DNA of 64,000 bases from contig DSAB01000122.1 in assembly GCA_011388275.1 (NCBI GenBank), positions 15,491-79,490 of the forward strand, read 5' to 3'. The translations under genes were made by a program, and so were the position numbers. Each line of letters starts with the position of its first letter. The stretch's first letter is position 1. The stretch is from a bacterium. GTDB taxonomy: Bacteria; Zhuqueibacterota; QNDG01; DSAB01. The notes beneath the pieces are model-generated. The model made no database searches. It saw nothing but the letters and a program-made list of their open reading frames with translations, and had not been told where the DNA came from. Below are positions 38,044 through 46,838 of the stretch, one piece after another.

Positions 38044-38529
38044 GTGAAAAAGGCAATTTTGATTCTTTTCATTTTTACTTTATGGCTCCTGCTTACCTGG
38101 AATGCGAGCTGGCAGAGCCTTGTTGCCGGCGGGGTGACTGCCCTGATGGTGGGCCTGATTTTCGGAAATCTGGCGGTAACAGCTCCCATGAAAGTGATAC
38201 AGCCGCAGAGATGGTTCTGGCTTCTGCTCTATATCCCGATATTCATATGGGAGATGGCCAAGGCCAACTTCGATGTGGCTTACCGGGTTTTGCATCCGAA
38301 AATGCCTATACACCCGGGTATCGTCAAAGTCAAAACACGGCTTAAATCACCTCTGGGTATCGCTTTTCTGGCCAATTCCATTACGTTAACACCGGGTACG
38401 TTTACGATTGATTTAAAAGATGAATATCTGTATATACACTGCATCAATGTAAGGCATCAAAAACTGGATGAAGCGACAAAGGATATTGTATCCCGGTTCG
38501 AAAAACTGTTGATTAAAATATTTGATTGA
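38044..38529 (+). CDS. MrpE/MnhE-like subunit
   Basis: 161 aa with N-terminal TM helices. Position in the Mrp gene order. Confidence 0.55.
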   Translation: MKKAILILFIFTLWLLLTWNASWQSLVAGGVTALMVGLIFGNLAVTAPMKVIQPQRWFWLLLYIPIFIWEMAKANFDVAYRVLHPKMPIHPGIVKVKTRLKSPLGIAFLANSITLTPGTFTIDLKDEYLYIHCINVRHQKLDEATKDIVSRFEKLLIKIFD

Positions 38530-38536
38530 GAGCGCC

Positions 38537-38791
38537 ATGAACATTTATTTCATCATACTGGTTGCCTGCTGTTTCGCGTGCCTGATCAGGGCCTGGATTG
38601 GAAAGTCGATTCCTGACCGGATGGTCGCGATCGATATTATGGGTACGCTGGCTGTCGGGATGACGGCTCTCCTGGCCGTTATCACGGAAAGAAATTTTCT
38701 GATCGATGTTGCCCTTGCCTGGATTTTCCTCAGCTTCATTGGAACCCTCGCATTGGCAAAGTATCTGGTACACAAAACGTTGGATGAGTGA
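38537..38791 (+). CDS. MrpF/MnhF-like subunit
   Basis: About 84 aa, three TM helices. ATG at 38537 preferred over the TTG at 38522. Confidence 0.55.
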   Translation: MNIYFIILVACCFACLIRAWIGKSIPDRMVAIDIMGTLAVGMTALLAVITERNFLIDVALAWIFLSFIGTLALAKYLVHKTLDE

Positions 38792-38794
38792 AAA

Positions 38795-39142
38795 ATGGCA
38801 TGGAATGAATGGATCGGGTTCATTATCATCGGGTTCGGAGTTGCTTTTGACGCGCTGGGCTGTCTGGGGCTGCTTCGTTTTCCCGATATTTACAATCGTC
38901 TGCAGGGAGCGACCAAGTGCGTGACATTCGGGACCTGCGGCATTCTTTTTGGAATTTTTGTTATGAACGGATTCACCGGATTCGGAATCAAGGCGCTGGT
39001 GGCCATTCCCTTCGTCCTGTTGACATCTCCGGTGGGGGCGCACGCTCTGGCACGCGGAGCTCATATTTTCGGTGTGCCGCTCTGGGAAAAGAGCGTGGTT
39101 GATCACTACAAACAAGACAGGAAGGATAAACCGAGACTGTAA
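38795..39142 (+). CDS. MrpG/MnhG-like subunit
   Basis: 115 aa, TM helices. Position after the MrpF-like gene. Confidence 0.55.
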   Translation: MAWNEWIGFIIIGFGVAFDALGCLGLLRFPDIYNRLQGATKCVTFGTCGILFGIFVMNGFTGFGIKALVAIPFVLLTSPVGAHALARGAHIFGVPLWEKSVVDHYKQDRKDKPRL

Positions 39143-39153
39143 ACGGGTCGACA

Positions 39154-39774
39154 ATGAAATATCCAAAACTGAGAGAATTAGGCGAAGCCGTCAAATCACT
39201 TTTTTCGAAGCCGTATACAACCAAATTCCCCAAAGTGGCGCATGAGGGATTCGACGGATTCCGGGGGAAACCCGAATTTTTTGATGAATACTGTGTGGGA
39301 TGCGGAGCCTGTACCCAGGTATGTCCGGCCGGCGCGATCGCCGTGATCGATCCTGAAATTATACGGAAAGACAATAAAAGCGCTCCCAAAAGAAAATTGG
39401 AACTGCGCTATGATATGTGCAATTTTTGCGGCAACTGCGAGGCGCATTGCATCACCGAGAAGGGCGTTCAGCTCACAAAAAAATACGATCTTGCCTTGAT
39501 GGACAGGAAACTGGCTGTTGAAACGATAGAGAAAGAACTGGTTGTTTGTGAGATGTGCGGAGGCACCGTAACCACCATTGATCATCTGCGCTGGCTGGTT
39601 AAAAAGCTTGGAACACTGGCGTACGGAAACCCGACACTGCTGCTCGTATCGCAGAGGGAATTGATTCCGGTTCAATCCGGAAGAAAGGGCGAAGAACTTC
39701 GCAGGCCGGATATATTGAAAGTCATGTGCCCCAAATGCAGGCATAAAGTGATGGTCAAAGATATTTGGGGATGA
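39154..39774 (+). CDS. NuoI-like 2x[4Fe-4S] ferredoxin subunit of the group-4 hydrogenase (MbhN/EchF type)
   Basis: CVGCGACTQVCP and CNFCGNCEAHC motifs. 206 aa. Last gene of the cluster. Confidence 0.75.
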   Translation: MKYPKLRELGEAVKSLFSKPYTTKFPKVAHEGFDGFRGKPEFFDEYCVGCGACTQVCPAGAIAVIDPEIIRKDNKSAPKRKLELRYDMCNFCGNCEAHCITEKGVQLTKKYDLALMDRKLAVETIEKELVVCEMCGGTVTTIDHLRWLVKKLGTLAYGNPTLLLVSQRELIPVQSGRKGEELRRPDILKVMCPKCRHKVMVKDIWG

Positions 39775-39820
39775 TGTAACGTTCAATTTGTCTGTTTTAT
39801 CCTAATCACCCGGAACTCAG

Positions 39821-39858
39821 GGCTGTCCGTTTAACATGAGGACAGCCTTTTTATTTTT
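39821..39858 (+). terminator. Rho-independent terminator after the group-4 hydrogenase/Mrp cluster
   Basis: GGCTGTCC-(11-nt loop)-GGACAGCC followed by TTTTTATTTTT. Confidence 0.75.
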
Positions 39859-40140
39859 ATTGGATGACGTTAAAGACACTTATAAGAGTTGTCATCCCCG
39901 GGAAACCGGGGATCCAGGTTTGTATAAATAATTCATGCAATATTTTGGACCGATCATACCGAACTTCGTATTATCTCCTATTATCATCATTAAAAGCATC
40001 CGGAATAATGGAATCAAATCGATTTGTCCGGGATGACGCATCGACCGGCAATTAATGAAAAAACAAAGAATCCTGACAAGCCGCTTCAATCCGTGAGGAG
40101 ATAAAAAAATGACTTGACTTTTAAAAATATATCAATATAT

Positions 40141-40186
40141 TAGTATACGTACACTGACAGTTTGGTGTTAATAATAGTATACGTAG
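40141..40186 (+). repeat. 11-bp direct repeat TAGTATACGTA x2 (34-bp spacing) in the leader of the MerR-like gene
   Basis: TAGTATACGTAC at 40141-40152 and TAGTATACGTAG at 40175-40186. They lie just downstream of a TTGACT-16 nt-TATATT promoter-like element (40114-40141). Confidence 0.55.
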
Positions 40187-40196
40187 AGGTGGTCCT

Positions 40197-40940
40197 GTGA
40201 AGAAAAAACTGTTGATGTTAAACGAGTTACTCGAAAAGATCGACCTTTCAGAAGAGGATCTTGACAAGTGGCTGGAGCTCAATCTCATTGTGCCGGCTGG
40301 ATACACCGATGATGAGGTTCCGGTTTACTATGCTGAAACAATTGAAAAGGTTAAAAAAATTCAAAAGCTCATCGAACTGGGCTATGCACCGGAAGACGTG
40401 CAGAAGATTGAGAAAAAAGTCGGAATGCCCGGAGAGGGGATGGATTCCTCAGAAAAAAAGAAGAAGGGTCAGTATCTGACCGTCGGGAATCTCGCTGAAC
40501 GCGTCGGAGTCAGTACAAGAACCATTAAACACTGGGAGGATAAAGGCATAATCGAGCCCGACACTCGAAGTGAAGGCGGATTCCGGCTCTATTCCGAAAC
40601 CTATGTGTACCTGTGCCAATTAATCAAGGATTTGCAGCTTTTTGGATACTCCCTGGAAGAGATCAAGACTGTATCGGATTATTTCAGGGATTTTAAATCG
40701 CTTCAGGAAAATTTCGATCATGTCCCGGATACGGAGATAGAACATAAAATCCAGGCCATGTTCAGAGAGATCGATTATCTGAACAAGAAAATGGTTTCAT
40801 TCAAAGATGGAATTCAGCGGTGGGAGGATCTGCTGAAGAAGAAACGCAAAGAATTACTCTCTCTTCAGAACCGGAATGAAAAGAGAAGAAAAGAAGAAAC
40901 AGTAAAAACAGTAAAAACATCCAAAAAGAAAAACCAGTAA
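40197..40940 (+). CDS. MerR-family transcriptional regulator with an extra N-terminal domain and coiled-coil, Lys/Glu-rich C-terminus
   Basis: MerR HTH (YLTVGNLAERVGVSTRTIKHWEDKGII) at aa about 92-120. GTG start with GAGGTGG RBS. Confidence 0.65.
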   Translation: MKKKLLMLNELLEKIDLSEEDLDKWLELNLIVPAGYTDDEVPVYYAETIEKVKKIQKLIELGYAPEDVQKIEKKVGMPGEGMDSSEKKKKGQYLTVGNLAERVGVSTRTIKHWEDKGIIEPDTRSEGGFRLYSETYVYLCQLIKDLQLFGYSLEEIKTVSDYFRDFKSLQENFDHVPDTEIEHKIQAMFREIDYLNKKMVSFKDGIQRWEDLLKKKRKELLSLQNRNEKRRKEETVKTVKTSKKKNQ

Positions 40941-40962
40941 AAAGTATAAGAGAGGTAATAAG

Positions 40963-42207
40963 GTGTCCAGATTCGTCTATACCGATTTGAATGAGGAAAT
41001 CAGAAGACAGATCGTATCCGGTTTTGGATCGATTCAAACCTCGGGGGGTGTGGTTCATATTCAAAACATACCGTTTGAATCGACCTGGGAATCACCGGTT
41101 GATTCGGCAATGCCGGAAGATTCGATAATTCATGCCCTGGTAAGGCATCTGAAGAAATCCTATGAGAATACCGGGAATTTCATCACTCAAAGCATAGAGG
41201 GGAAAGACGCTCTTTACAGAGAAAATCGTTTATTTGACTATACTGTCTGGAGCCCTGGAAAAAAACGATCCGATGACATGATTTTCCTGTTTCATGGATT
41301 GAATGAAAAATATTGGGAAAAGTATTGGACCTGGGCCCATTCCCTGGTATTGGGAACCGGGAAAACGGTAATTCTTTTTCCCATGGCGTTTCACATGAAC
41401 CGGGCTCCGGTGTTGTGGAAAGATCCGCGTTCCATGCAGATTCTGAGCCGGGAAAGAAAGGAACTTTTCCCGGATGCCGAAGAGGTATCCTTCGCCAATG
41501 TGGCCCTGAGTTACCGGCTTCAGCTCATGCCGCAAAGATTTGTTTCTTCCGGTCTGCAGACGTATTGTGATCTGAGAAGTCTGATTCAATCCGTCAAACT
41601 TAAGAAACATCCGATTCTGTCCTCGGGAGGCAGAATGGATTTTTTCGGATACTCGATCGGGGCTTTTCTGGCGGAGATGCTGTTTCTCAATAATCCGGAA
41701 CACTGGTTCGATGATTCCAGAATGTTTCTATTATGCGGCGGATCCACACTCGATCATTGCGATCCGAGCAGTCAGTGGATACTTGACAGCGAAGCGTCAC
41801 GGTCAATACATCAGTTTCTATCGGCTGTTACCCAAAGTGAGAAAGAAGGCACATGGCATTCCGGCGGCTGTGCGCCGAATAAGGAGGAGATTCGTCTGTT
41901 CAAATCGTTTTTACGGAAGGACAAGGATGAATTGTATCGCGTGAGCAAATGGAAAGACAGGGCGCGAAACATCCGGTTATTCGGGTTTTCAGAAGACCGG
42001 GTCTTTCCGGAAGAAGGACTGAGAAAAACCTTCGTTTCCGGGGATTCGAATGTGTCGGTTAAAATGGAACTCTACCGGGATGAATTTCTTTTCAGACATG
42101 AAAATCTTTTTCCTTCCCAAAATAAAACAAGGAATGCGGCAAACAGACGTTTTAATGCCGTGTTTGAATCGGCGATCAGCCATTTCGGCACGGAACCGGC
42201 TTGTTGA
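40963..42207 (+). CDS. Hypothetical alpha/beta-hydrolase-fold protein
   Basis: HG motif (IFLFHGLNE) and nucleophile elbow G-Y-S-I-G, consistent with an alpha/beta hydrolase. No specific family recognised. Confidence 0.5.
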   Translation: MSRFVYTDLNEEIRRQIVSGFGSIQTSGGVVHIQNIPFESTWESPVDSAMPEDSIIHALVRHLKKSYENTGNFITQSIEGKDALYRENRLFDYTVWSPGKKRSDDMIFLFHGLNEKYWEKYWTWAHSLVLGTGKTVILFPMAFHMNRAPVLWKDPRSMQILSRERKELFPDAEEVSFANVALSYRLQLMPQRFVSSGLQTYCDLRSLIQSVKLKKHPILSSGGRMDFFGYSIGAFLAEMLFLNNPEHWFDDSRMFLLCGGSTLDHCDPSSQWILDSEASRSIHQFLSAVTQSEKEGTWHSGGCAPNKEEIRLFKSFLRKDKDELYRVSKWKDRARNIRLFGFSEDRVFPEEGLRKTFVSGDSNVSVKMELYRDEFLFRHENLFPSQNKTRNAANRRFNAVFESAISHFGTEPAC

Positions 42208-42217
42208 GGAGGCCCAC

Positions 42218-43648
42218 ATGAAGCGCATCGTATTTATAGAACCCAAAGCACCCAATCTGCATATTTTTTCAAGATTCACTTTGCCCCGGCTGGGCAGTTA
42301 TATTCTGGGCACTCTAATGAGAGAGAGGGGTTGGGATGTTGAAGTGATTGTGGAAGAACGGGACCGGCTCCAGTTCGACAAGCTCGAATCCGCCGATATA
42401 GTCGGAGTTTCGACAATCACACCAACCGCGCCCAGAGCCTATGCCATCGCGGACCGTATTCGTGAAACAGGCATCCCCGTGATTATGGGTGGACCGCATG
42501 TCACCTATCTGACCGACGAAGCCATGGAGCATGCGGATTTTGTCATTCGGGGTGAGGGAGAAAAGGCCTTGATGGCCTTTATTGACGCCTGGGAAGGTGA
42601 ACGAGACTACACCAGGGTTCCGAATCTGGTTTACAGGGAAAACGGAAATGTGGTTAAAAACAGTCTGACGGACTTTATTCAGGATCTGGATTCCATTCCC
42701 TATCCGGATTTTTCACTTTTAAAGGGAAGCATTCTGGATATAGCCGGGCAGAGAATCATTCCGGTGCAGACTTCACGAGGATGTCCGTTCGACTGCTCGT
42801 TCTGTTCCGTGACCGGCATGTTCGGAAGGAAGTACCGGTTCCGCTCGACTGAAAACATCATCAGGGAGCTGAGACAGTACAACCAAAGAAGAAACAATAT
42901 CTTTTTTTATGACGATAATTTTACGGCCAACAGAAAGAGAGCCAGAGAACTCTTGTATGCCATGATTGATGAGAAATTTAAATTTAAATGGTCCACTCAG
43001 GTCCGGGTCGATATCGCCCGGGACACCGAACTGGTGCGTTTAATGAAAAAGGCCGGCTGTCATACATTGTATATCGGTTTTGAATCCGTGAATCCGGAAA
43101 GCCTGAAATCGATGAAGAAAGAACAGACCATCGAAGAAATCAGAAACGCGATCGAGATACTGAGAAAACACCGAATTCATATACACGGGATGTTCGTCTA
43201 TGGATTCGATGAGGATGACTGGAAAACCGTCAAGGAGACCGTTCGGTTTGCCAAAAGGGCCAAGCTCTCCTCGACCCAGTTTCTGATTCTCACGCCGCTT
43301 CCAGGCTCCCAATTCTATGAGAAAATGAACCGGGAAAACAGGATTCAATTCCGCGACTGGAATCTGTACGATGCTCATCATGTGGTCTTCCGGCCGGCCC
43401 GGTTTTCATTCCCGGAATTGCAGAAGGCCCAGATTTTCAGCCATCAGAAATTTTACTCATTCTATGAATCGCTGAAAAAATTCGTCGAGGGAAGGTGGCT
43501 TGATCTGGGATTGGCGCATTACGCGCGTGGTTTGAACCGGTCATGGAAAAAGCAGAATAAAACGTATTTAAAGGTGCTTGATTTACTTCGGCCAAAAAAG
43601 AAGGAGAGTATTTCAATTCAATACACGGAGAATGTCATCCTGGAGTAG
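42218..43648 (+). CDS. B12-binding radical SAM protein (class B radical SAM, function unknown)
   Basis: N-terminal cobalamin-binding-like Rossmann region, then the radical SAM CxxxCxxC motif (SRGCPFDCSFCSV). ATG at 42218 with GAGGAGG RBS. Confidence 0.75.
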   Translation: MKRIVFIEPKAPNLHIFSRFTLPRLGSYILGTLMRERGWDVEVIVEERDRLQFDKLESADIVGVSTITPTAPRAYAIADRIRETGIPVIMGGPHVTYLTDEAMEHADFVIRGEGEKALMAFIDAWEGERDYTRVPNLVYRENGNVVKNSLTDFIQDLDSIPYPDFSLLKGSILDIAGQRIIPVQTSRGCPFDCSFCSVTGMFGRKYRFRSTENIIRELRQYNQRRNNIFFYDDNFTANRKRARELLYAMIDEKFKFKWSTQVRVDIARDTELVRLMKKAGCHTLYIGFESVNPESLKSMKKEQTIEEIRNAIEILRKHRIHIHGMFVYGFDEDDWKTVKETVRFAKRAKLSSTQFLILTPLPGSQFYEKMNRENRIQFRDWNLYDAHHVVFRPARFSFPELQKAQIFSHQKFYSFYESLKKFVEGRWLDLGLAHYARGLNRSWKKQNKTYLKVLDLLRPKKKESISIQYTENVILE

Positions 43649-43684
43649 AAACACATCGATATCGCCATTCTTTGCGTTCGACCG

Positions 43685-43725
43685 GACGGCCTGGTAGAAA
43701 CGGTTTTCCTGCAGGCCGTCTTTTA
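43685..43725. terminator. Hairpin plus T-tract between the convergent genes (possible bidirectional terminator)
   Basis: GACGGCCTG-(18 nt)-CAGGCCGTC followed by TTTTAT. Confidence 0.4.
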
Positions 43726-44367
43726 TCAGGGTAAGATGATACGGGAAAACCCGGTGTTCAGTTTCTCCCACGATTCAAACGGAGAAGTATGGATTCCTAT
43801 TCTGATTCTCAGTATCGAACAGCCATGCCGTATGTAATAGTCGACCAGTGGACGGGTTCGTTCGTTATAGATCGCCAGTTTCTTTCGTATGGACGGCAAA
43901 GAATCATCCGTTCTTTCGGACCGATCTCCGCCGGTGTTCATCCGGATCCTTTTTCGAAGTGCACGGGTGGAACATTGGAGAACCGCCACGGTGCGAATAT
44001 GAACCAGAGATTGAACGGAACGGGCCTGTTCAAGGTGACGCGGGAGCCCGTTCATCAGAATTAAATCGTCCGGCTGAATAGAGCGTGAACGATAAAATGA
44101 GAGAAAGAGACGCTCGGCGATTGGGAAGTGATCCGGTTCGAGAAGCAGATTCCGTTTTAAAAGGTTTCGAATGAATTTCTTTTCCTTTGGATGGAGCAGG
44201 TCTGAAGAGGGATGAATTGATCGGCGAAGCATGGATCCGAAATCGAAATGATGACAGGCGCGGCCCGCAAGACCGTTCCGTTCAGACCGGGCGCCGAGCG
44301 GCGTCTTGCCTGAGCCGGTCGGGCCGAGCAAGAGGGCTGCCAGCGGATGGGGGAGAACGGCTGTCAC
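43726..44367 (-). CDS. Divergent adenylate-kinase-like / nucleoside-monophosphate-kinase-like P-loop protein
   Basis: Walker A LLLGPTGSGKTP, NMP-binding-like HFDFGSMLRR (compare AK H(I/L)STGDMLR), and a LID-like R-x-x-GG-D-R-x-x-R-x-DD. Confidence 0.5.
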   Translation of the reverse strand: MTAVLPHPLAALLLGPTGSGKTPLGARSERNGLAGRACHHFDFGSMLRRSIHPSSDLLHPKEKKFIRNLLKRNLLLEPDHFPIAERLFLSFYRSRSIQPDDLILMNGLPRHLEQARSVQSLVHIRTVAVLQCSTRALRKRIRMNTGGDRSERTDDSLPSIRKKLAIYNERTRPLVDYYIRHGCSILRIRIGIHTSPFESWEKLNTGFSRIILP

Positions 44368-44390
44368 GGATTTTCTCCGGATTTGAGGCT

Positions 44391-44966
44391 TCAGGGTTCC
44401 TGACGCAGTCTCTTTCGTATATACCGGCAGTAAAGCGCGGCCGCCGGATTATGTCCCAGCATTCGGTCTTTGACAATGAAGGTGGTCACCGGTGCCTTCG
44501 AGTATCGGGTGAACTGGATATCGTGGCCGATGCAGAGGCCGCAAATGATATTGAGATCCGTATGGGCCCGATTGAGAAGAAGAGCCTGACCGATTGGATT
44601 GCACATGGTTTCATAAGCCGCCGGATCGATCTTTTCCAGAGCGAGAATCTCTTTGGATACGGCCCCCGTCTTGCAGCAGACGCTGAATACTTCGAATTCT
44701 GATTCCAGAAAACCACTCAGCAAGGCGGCTTCCTCGGAGAGACCGATACAAAAGGCTATGCCCAGCCGTCGATAGTTCATATCATGAGCGAATTGTATCA
44801 GTTCTTCCAGCCGGTTCTTTTGTCCATAGAATCTCGATTCAATACTTGAGGCAATCCGGGCCAGATCAGCGATTTCTTGATTGTAGTGTTTCAGGCTTTC
44901 CGGACCGATTCGAAAACAGTCCTTGTCATTCCGGCATTGCCTGTCCTGACACGCATCGCAGCGCAT
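44391..44966 (-). CDS. DUF1847-family Cys-rich metal-binding protein
   Basis: MRCDACQDRQCRNDKDC N-terminal Cys cluster plus conserved internal Cys (CIGLSE; CCKTG; ICGLCIGHD). ATG at 44966 chosen to avoid the long overlap with apbC. Confidence 0.6.
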   Translation of the reverse strand: MRCDACQDRQCRNDKDCFRIGPESLKHYNQEIADLARIASSIESRFYGQKNRLEELIQFAHDMNYRRLGIAFCIGLSEEAALLSGFLESEFEVFSVCCKTGAVSKEILALEKIDPAAYETMCNPIGQALLLNRAHTDLNIICGLCIGHDIQFTRYSKAPVTTFIVKDRMLGHNPAAALYCRYIRKRLRQEP

Positions 44967-44982
44967 GATTACTTCCGTTTTT

Positions 44983-45816
44983 TTATGAGGACAGAGTGGA
45001 AACCAGACGCCGCGCGGCTTCGATAAAGGCGGCTGAGGCCGGATTTTCCGGATCGGAAAGCACGATAGGAATTCCCTCATCGCCTCCCGAGCGGACTGCC
45101 AGATCCATGGGAATGCTGCCGAGAAAAATGGCATCCATGTGCCGGGCCATGGATTTGCCGCCGCCGCGGCCGAAGACATCGATGGTTTTCCCGCAGTGAG
45201 GGCATATCAGGCCGGACATGTTCTCAACAACTCCGATGAATGGGATCTCAAGTTTCTTGGCCATATTAACCGCGCGACGACAGTCGATCAGTGAAATTTC
45301 CTGGGGAGTCGTGACGACAATCGCTGCCTGGGGCTGCATCTTTTGTGCCGTAGTCAGCACTTCGTCGCCCGTTCCCGGGGGCAAATCAGCCAGCAGGAAA
45401 TCCAGTTCACCCCAGACCACATCCGCTAAAAATTGAGTGATGGCACTTGAGCGCAAAGGACCTCGCCAGATTACCGGCGCGTCTTCGGGTATCATGGGCG
45501 CGATGGAGATGACCTGCAAACCGGCCCTTTCCTGCGGTGAAATCGTCTGATTTTCAGGATCGGTTAAAGGGAACCCCTGAAGACCCATCATTTTGGGCAC
45601 ATTGGGTCCGGTAATATCTGCGTCCAGAAGTCCGACACGGTATTGATGCTGAACCAGAGCGTAGGCCAGGTTGACGGAGACGGATGTTTTCCCAACGCCT
45701 CCTTTGCCGCTGAAAATCACAACTCGGTTTTTGATTTTGGAAAGTGTATATTGAATCCTCTGCTCTTGCTGTTTCTGAGCGTCGGCTTTGTTTGACTGAT
45801 CCTGTGATTTCGCCAT
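44983..45816 (-). CDS. apbC: Mrp/ApbC/NBP35-family Fe-S cluster carrier ATPase
   Basis: Deviant Walker A GKGGVGKTS, CxxC motif (CPHCG), ParA-like fold. Confidence 0.85.
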   Translation of the reverse strand: MAKSQDQSNKADAQKQQEQRIQYTLSKIKNRVVIFSGKGGVGKTSVSVNLAYALVQHQYRVGLLDADITGPNVPKMMGLQGFPLTDPENQTISPQERAGLQVISIAPMIPEDAPVIWRGPLRSSAITQFLADVVWGELDFLLADLPPGTGDEVLTTAQKMQPQAAIVVTTPQEISLIDCRRAVNMAKKLEIPFIGVVENMSGLICPHCGKTIDVFGRGGGKSMARHMDAIFLGSIPMDLAVRSGGDEGIPIVLSDPENPASAAFIEAARRLVSTLSS

Positions 45817-45866
45817 GTATTATCCTTTTGATTAGAATGGTTTCAGCCGGGCATAACGATTCCGGC

Positions 45867-46109
45867 TCAGGATTTTTCGCAGCAGCGTTTGGGATTCTCG
45901 CAGGGATTGTTTAACTGATTGCGACAGTTTTTACGATAATCGGTGGCATAAAAGCCGGGCCCCTTGAAAATAACGCCGTTTCCGCCCGAAATGAGGCGTT
46001 TTGGTGTGCTCCCGCATTCGGGGCAATGTTGAAGAGACTCATCGGTGATATTCTGAAATGCGGTGAACCGATGGCCGCATTCATTGCACAGATATTCATA
46101 GGTGGGCAT
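45867..46109 (-). CDS. FmdB-family zinc-ribbon protein
   Basis: YxCxxCG…CPxCG pattern (YEYLCNECGH…CPECGS). 80 aa. Confidence 0.7.
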   Translation of the reverse strand: MPTYEYLCNECGHRFTAFQNITDESLQHCPECGSTPKRLISGGNGVIFKGPGFYATDYRKNCRNQLNNPCENPKRCCEKS

Positions 46110-46152
46110 GATGGGTTCCTCTCAGAAGTCGAACACTTATTCTGGAATATCC

Positions 46153-46596
46153 TTAACTGCCGTTATTCTGCGGCCAGTTCTCTATCGCTTGTTTCAGACA
46201 CTGCGCGGCCAGAACCGCGCAATGCGTGTGAGAAGGCGGAAGGCCGTCGAGTTCTATGATGATATGCTGCGGATGGATTCGCATCGCCTGAACCCGTGTT
46301 TTCCCGAGTGCGAGGCTTGTAACGGCGCTGCCGCAGGCGAGCGTTGCGCCGCACCCGTCGGTGAGAAAAGAGGCCTGTTCGATTCGGTCATCCATGATTT
46401 TTAAAAAGATAGTCATGGAGTCTCCGCAGCTTCCACGGCAGTGACCGACGGCATCGGGTTCATCCATCTCTCCGACATGTCGGGGTTCGTAAGCGAGCGT
46501 CAGGACCTTATCGGAGAAGGATTCATTCGTTTCGCCAATCAGCGCGCTGTGCAGTTTGGAAAAGATCGATTCCGGCTCATCACATGGCCTGGTCAT
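46153..46596 (-). CDS. NifU/IscU-like Fe-S cluster scaffold domain protein
   Basis: Three conserved Cys in an IscU-like arrangement (GHCRGSCGD…GCGATLACGS). Confidence 0.6.
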   Translation of the reverse strand: MTRPCDEPESIFSKLHSALIGETNESFSDKVLTLAYEPRHVGEMDEPDAVGHCRGSCGDSMTIFLKIMDDRIEQASFLTDGCGATLACGSAVTSLALGKTRVQAMRIHPQHIIIELDGLPPSHTHCAVLAAQCLKQAIENWPQNNGS

Positions 46597-46838
46597 GATA
46601 TATCCCCAAAAGAAAGGTTGAATAAACAGAATGAGACAGCAATGATATGAATCAGACCATATCCAAAAAGTATAAATAAATCATACGGAAAAGTCAAGAC
46701 AAATCGATTGATCGGCCGTATCCTGAAAAAAAACTCCGATTTTTGAAGGGACGGCGGGCCGATTTTCAGTTGACAATAACGGCAATTATCAATATATTTA
46801 CATCGATAGACGAAAAAAAAGAACCGGGCCGGGGGCCA

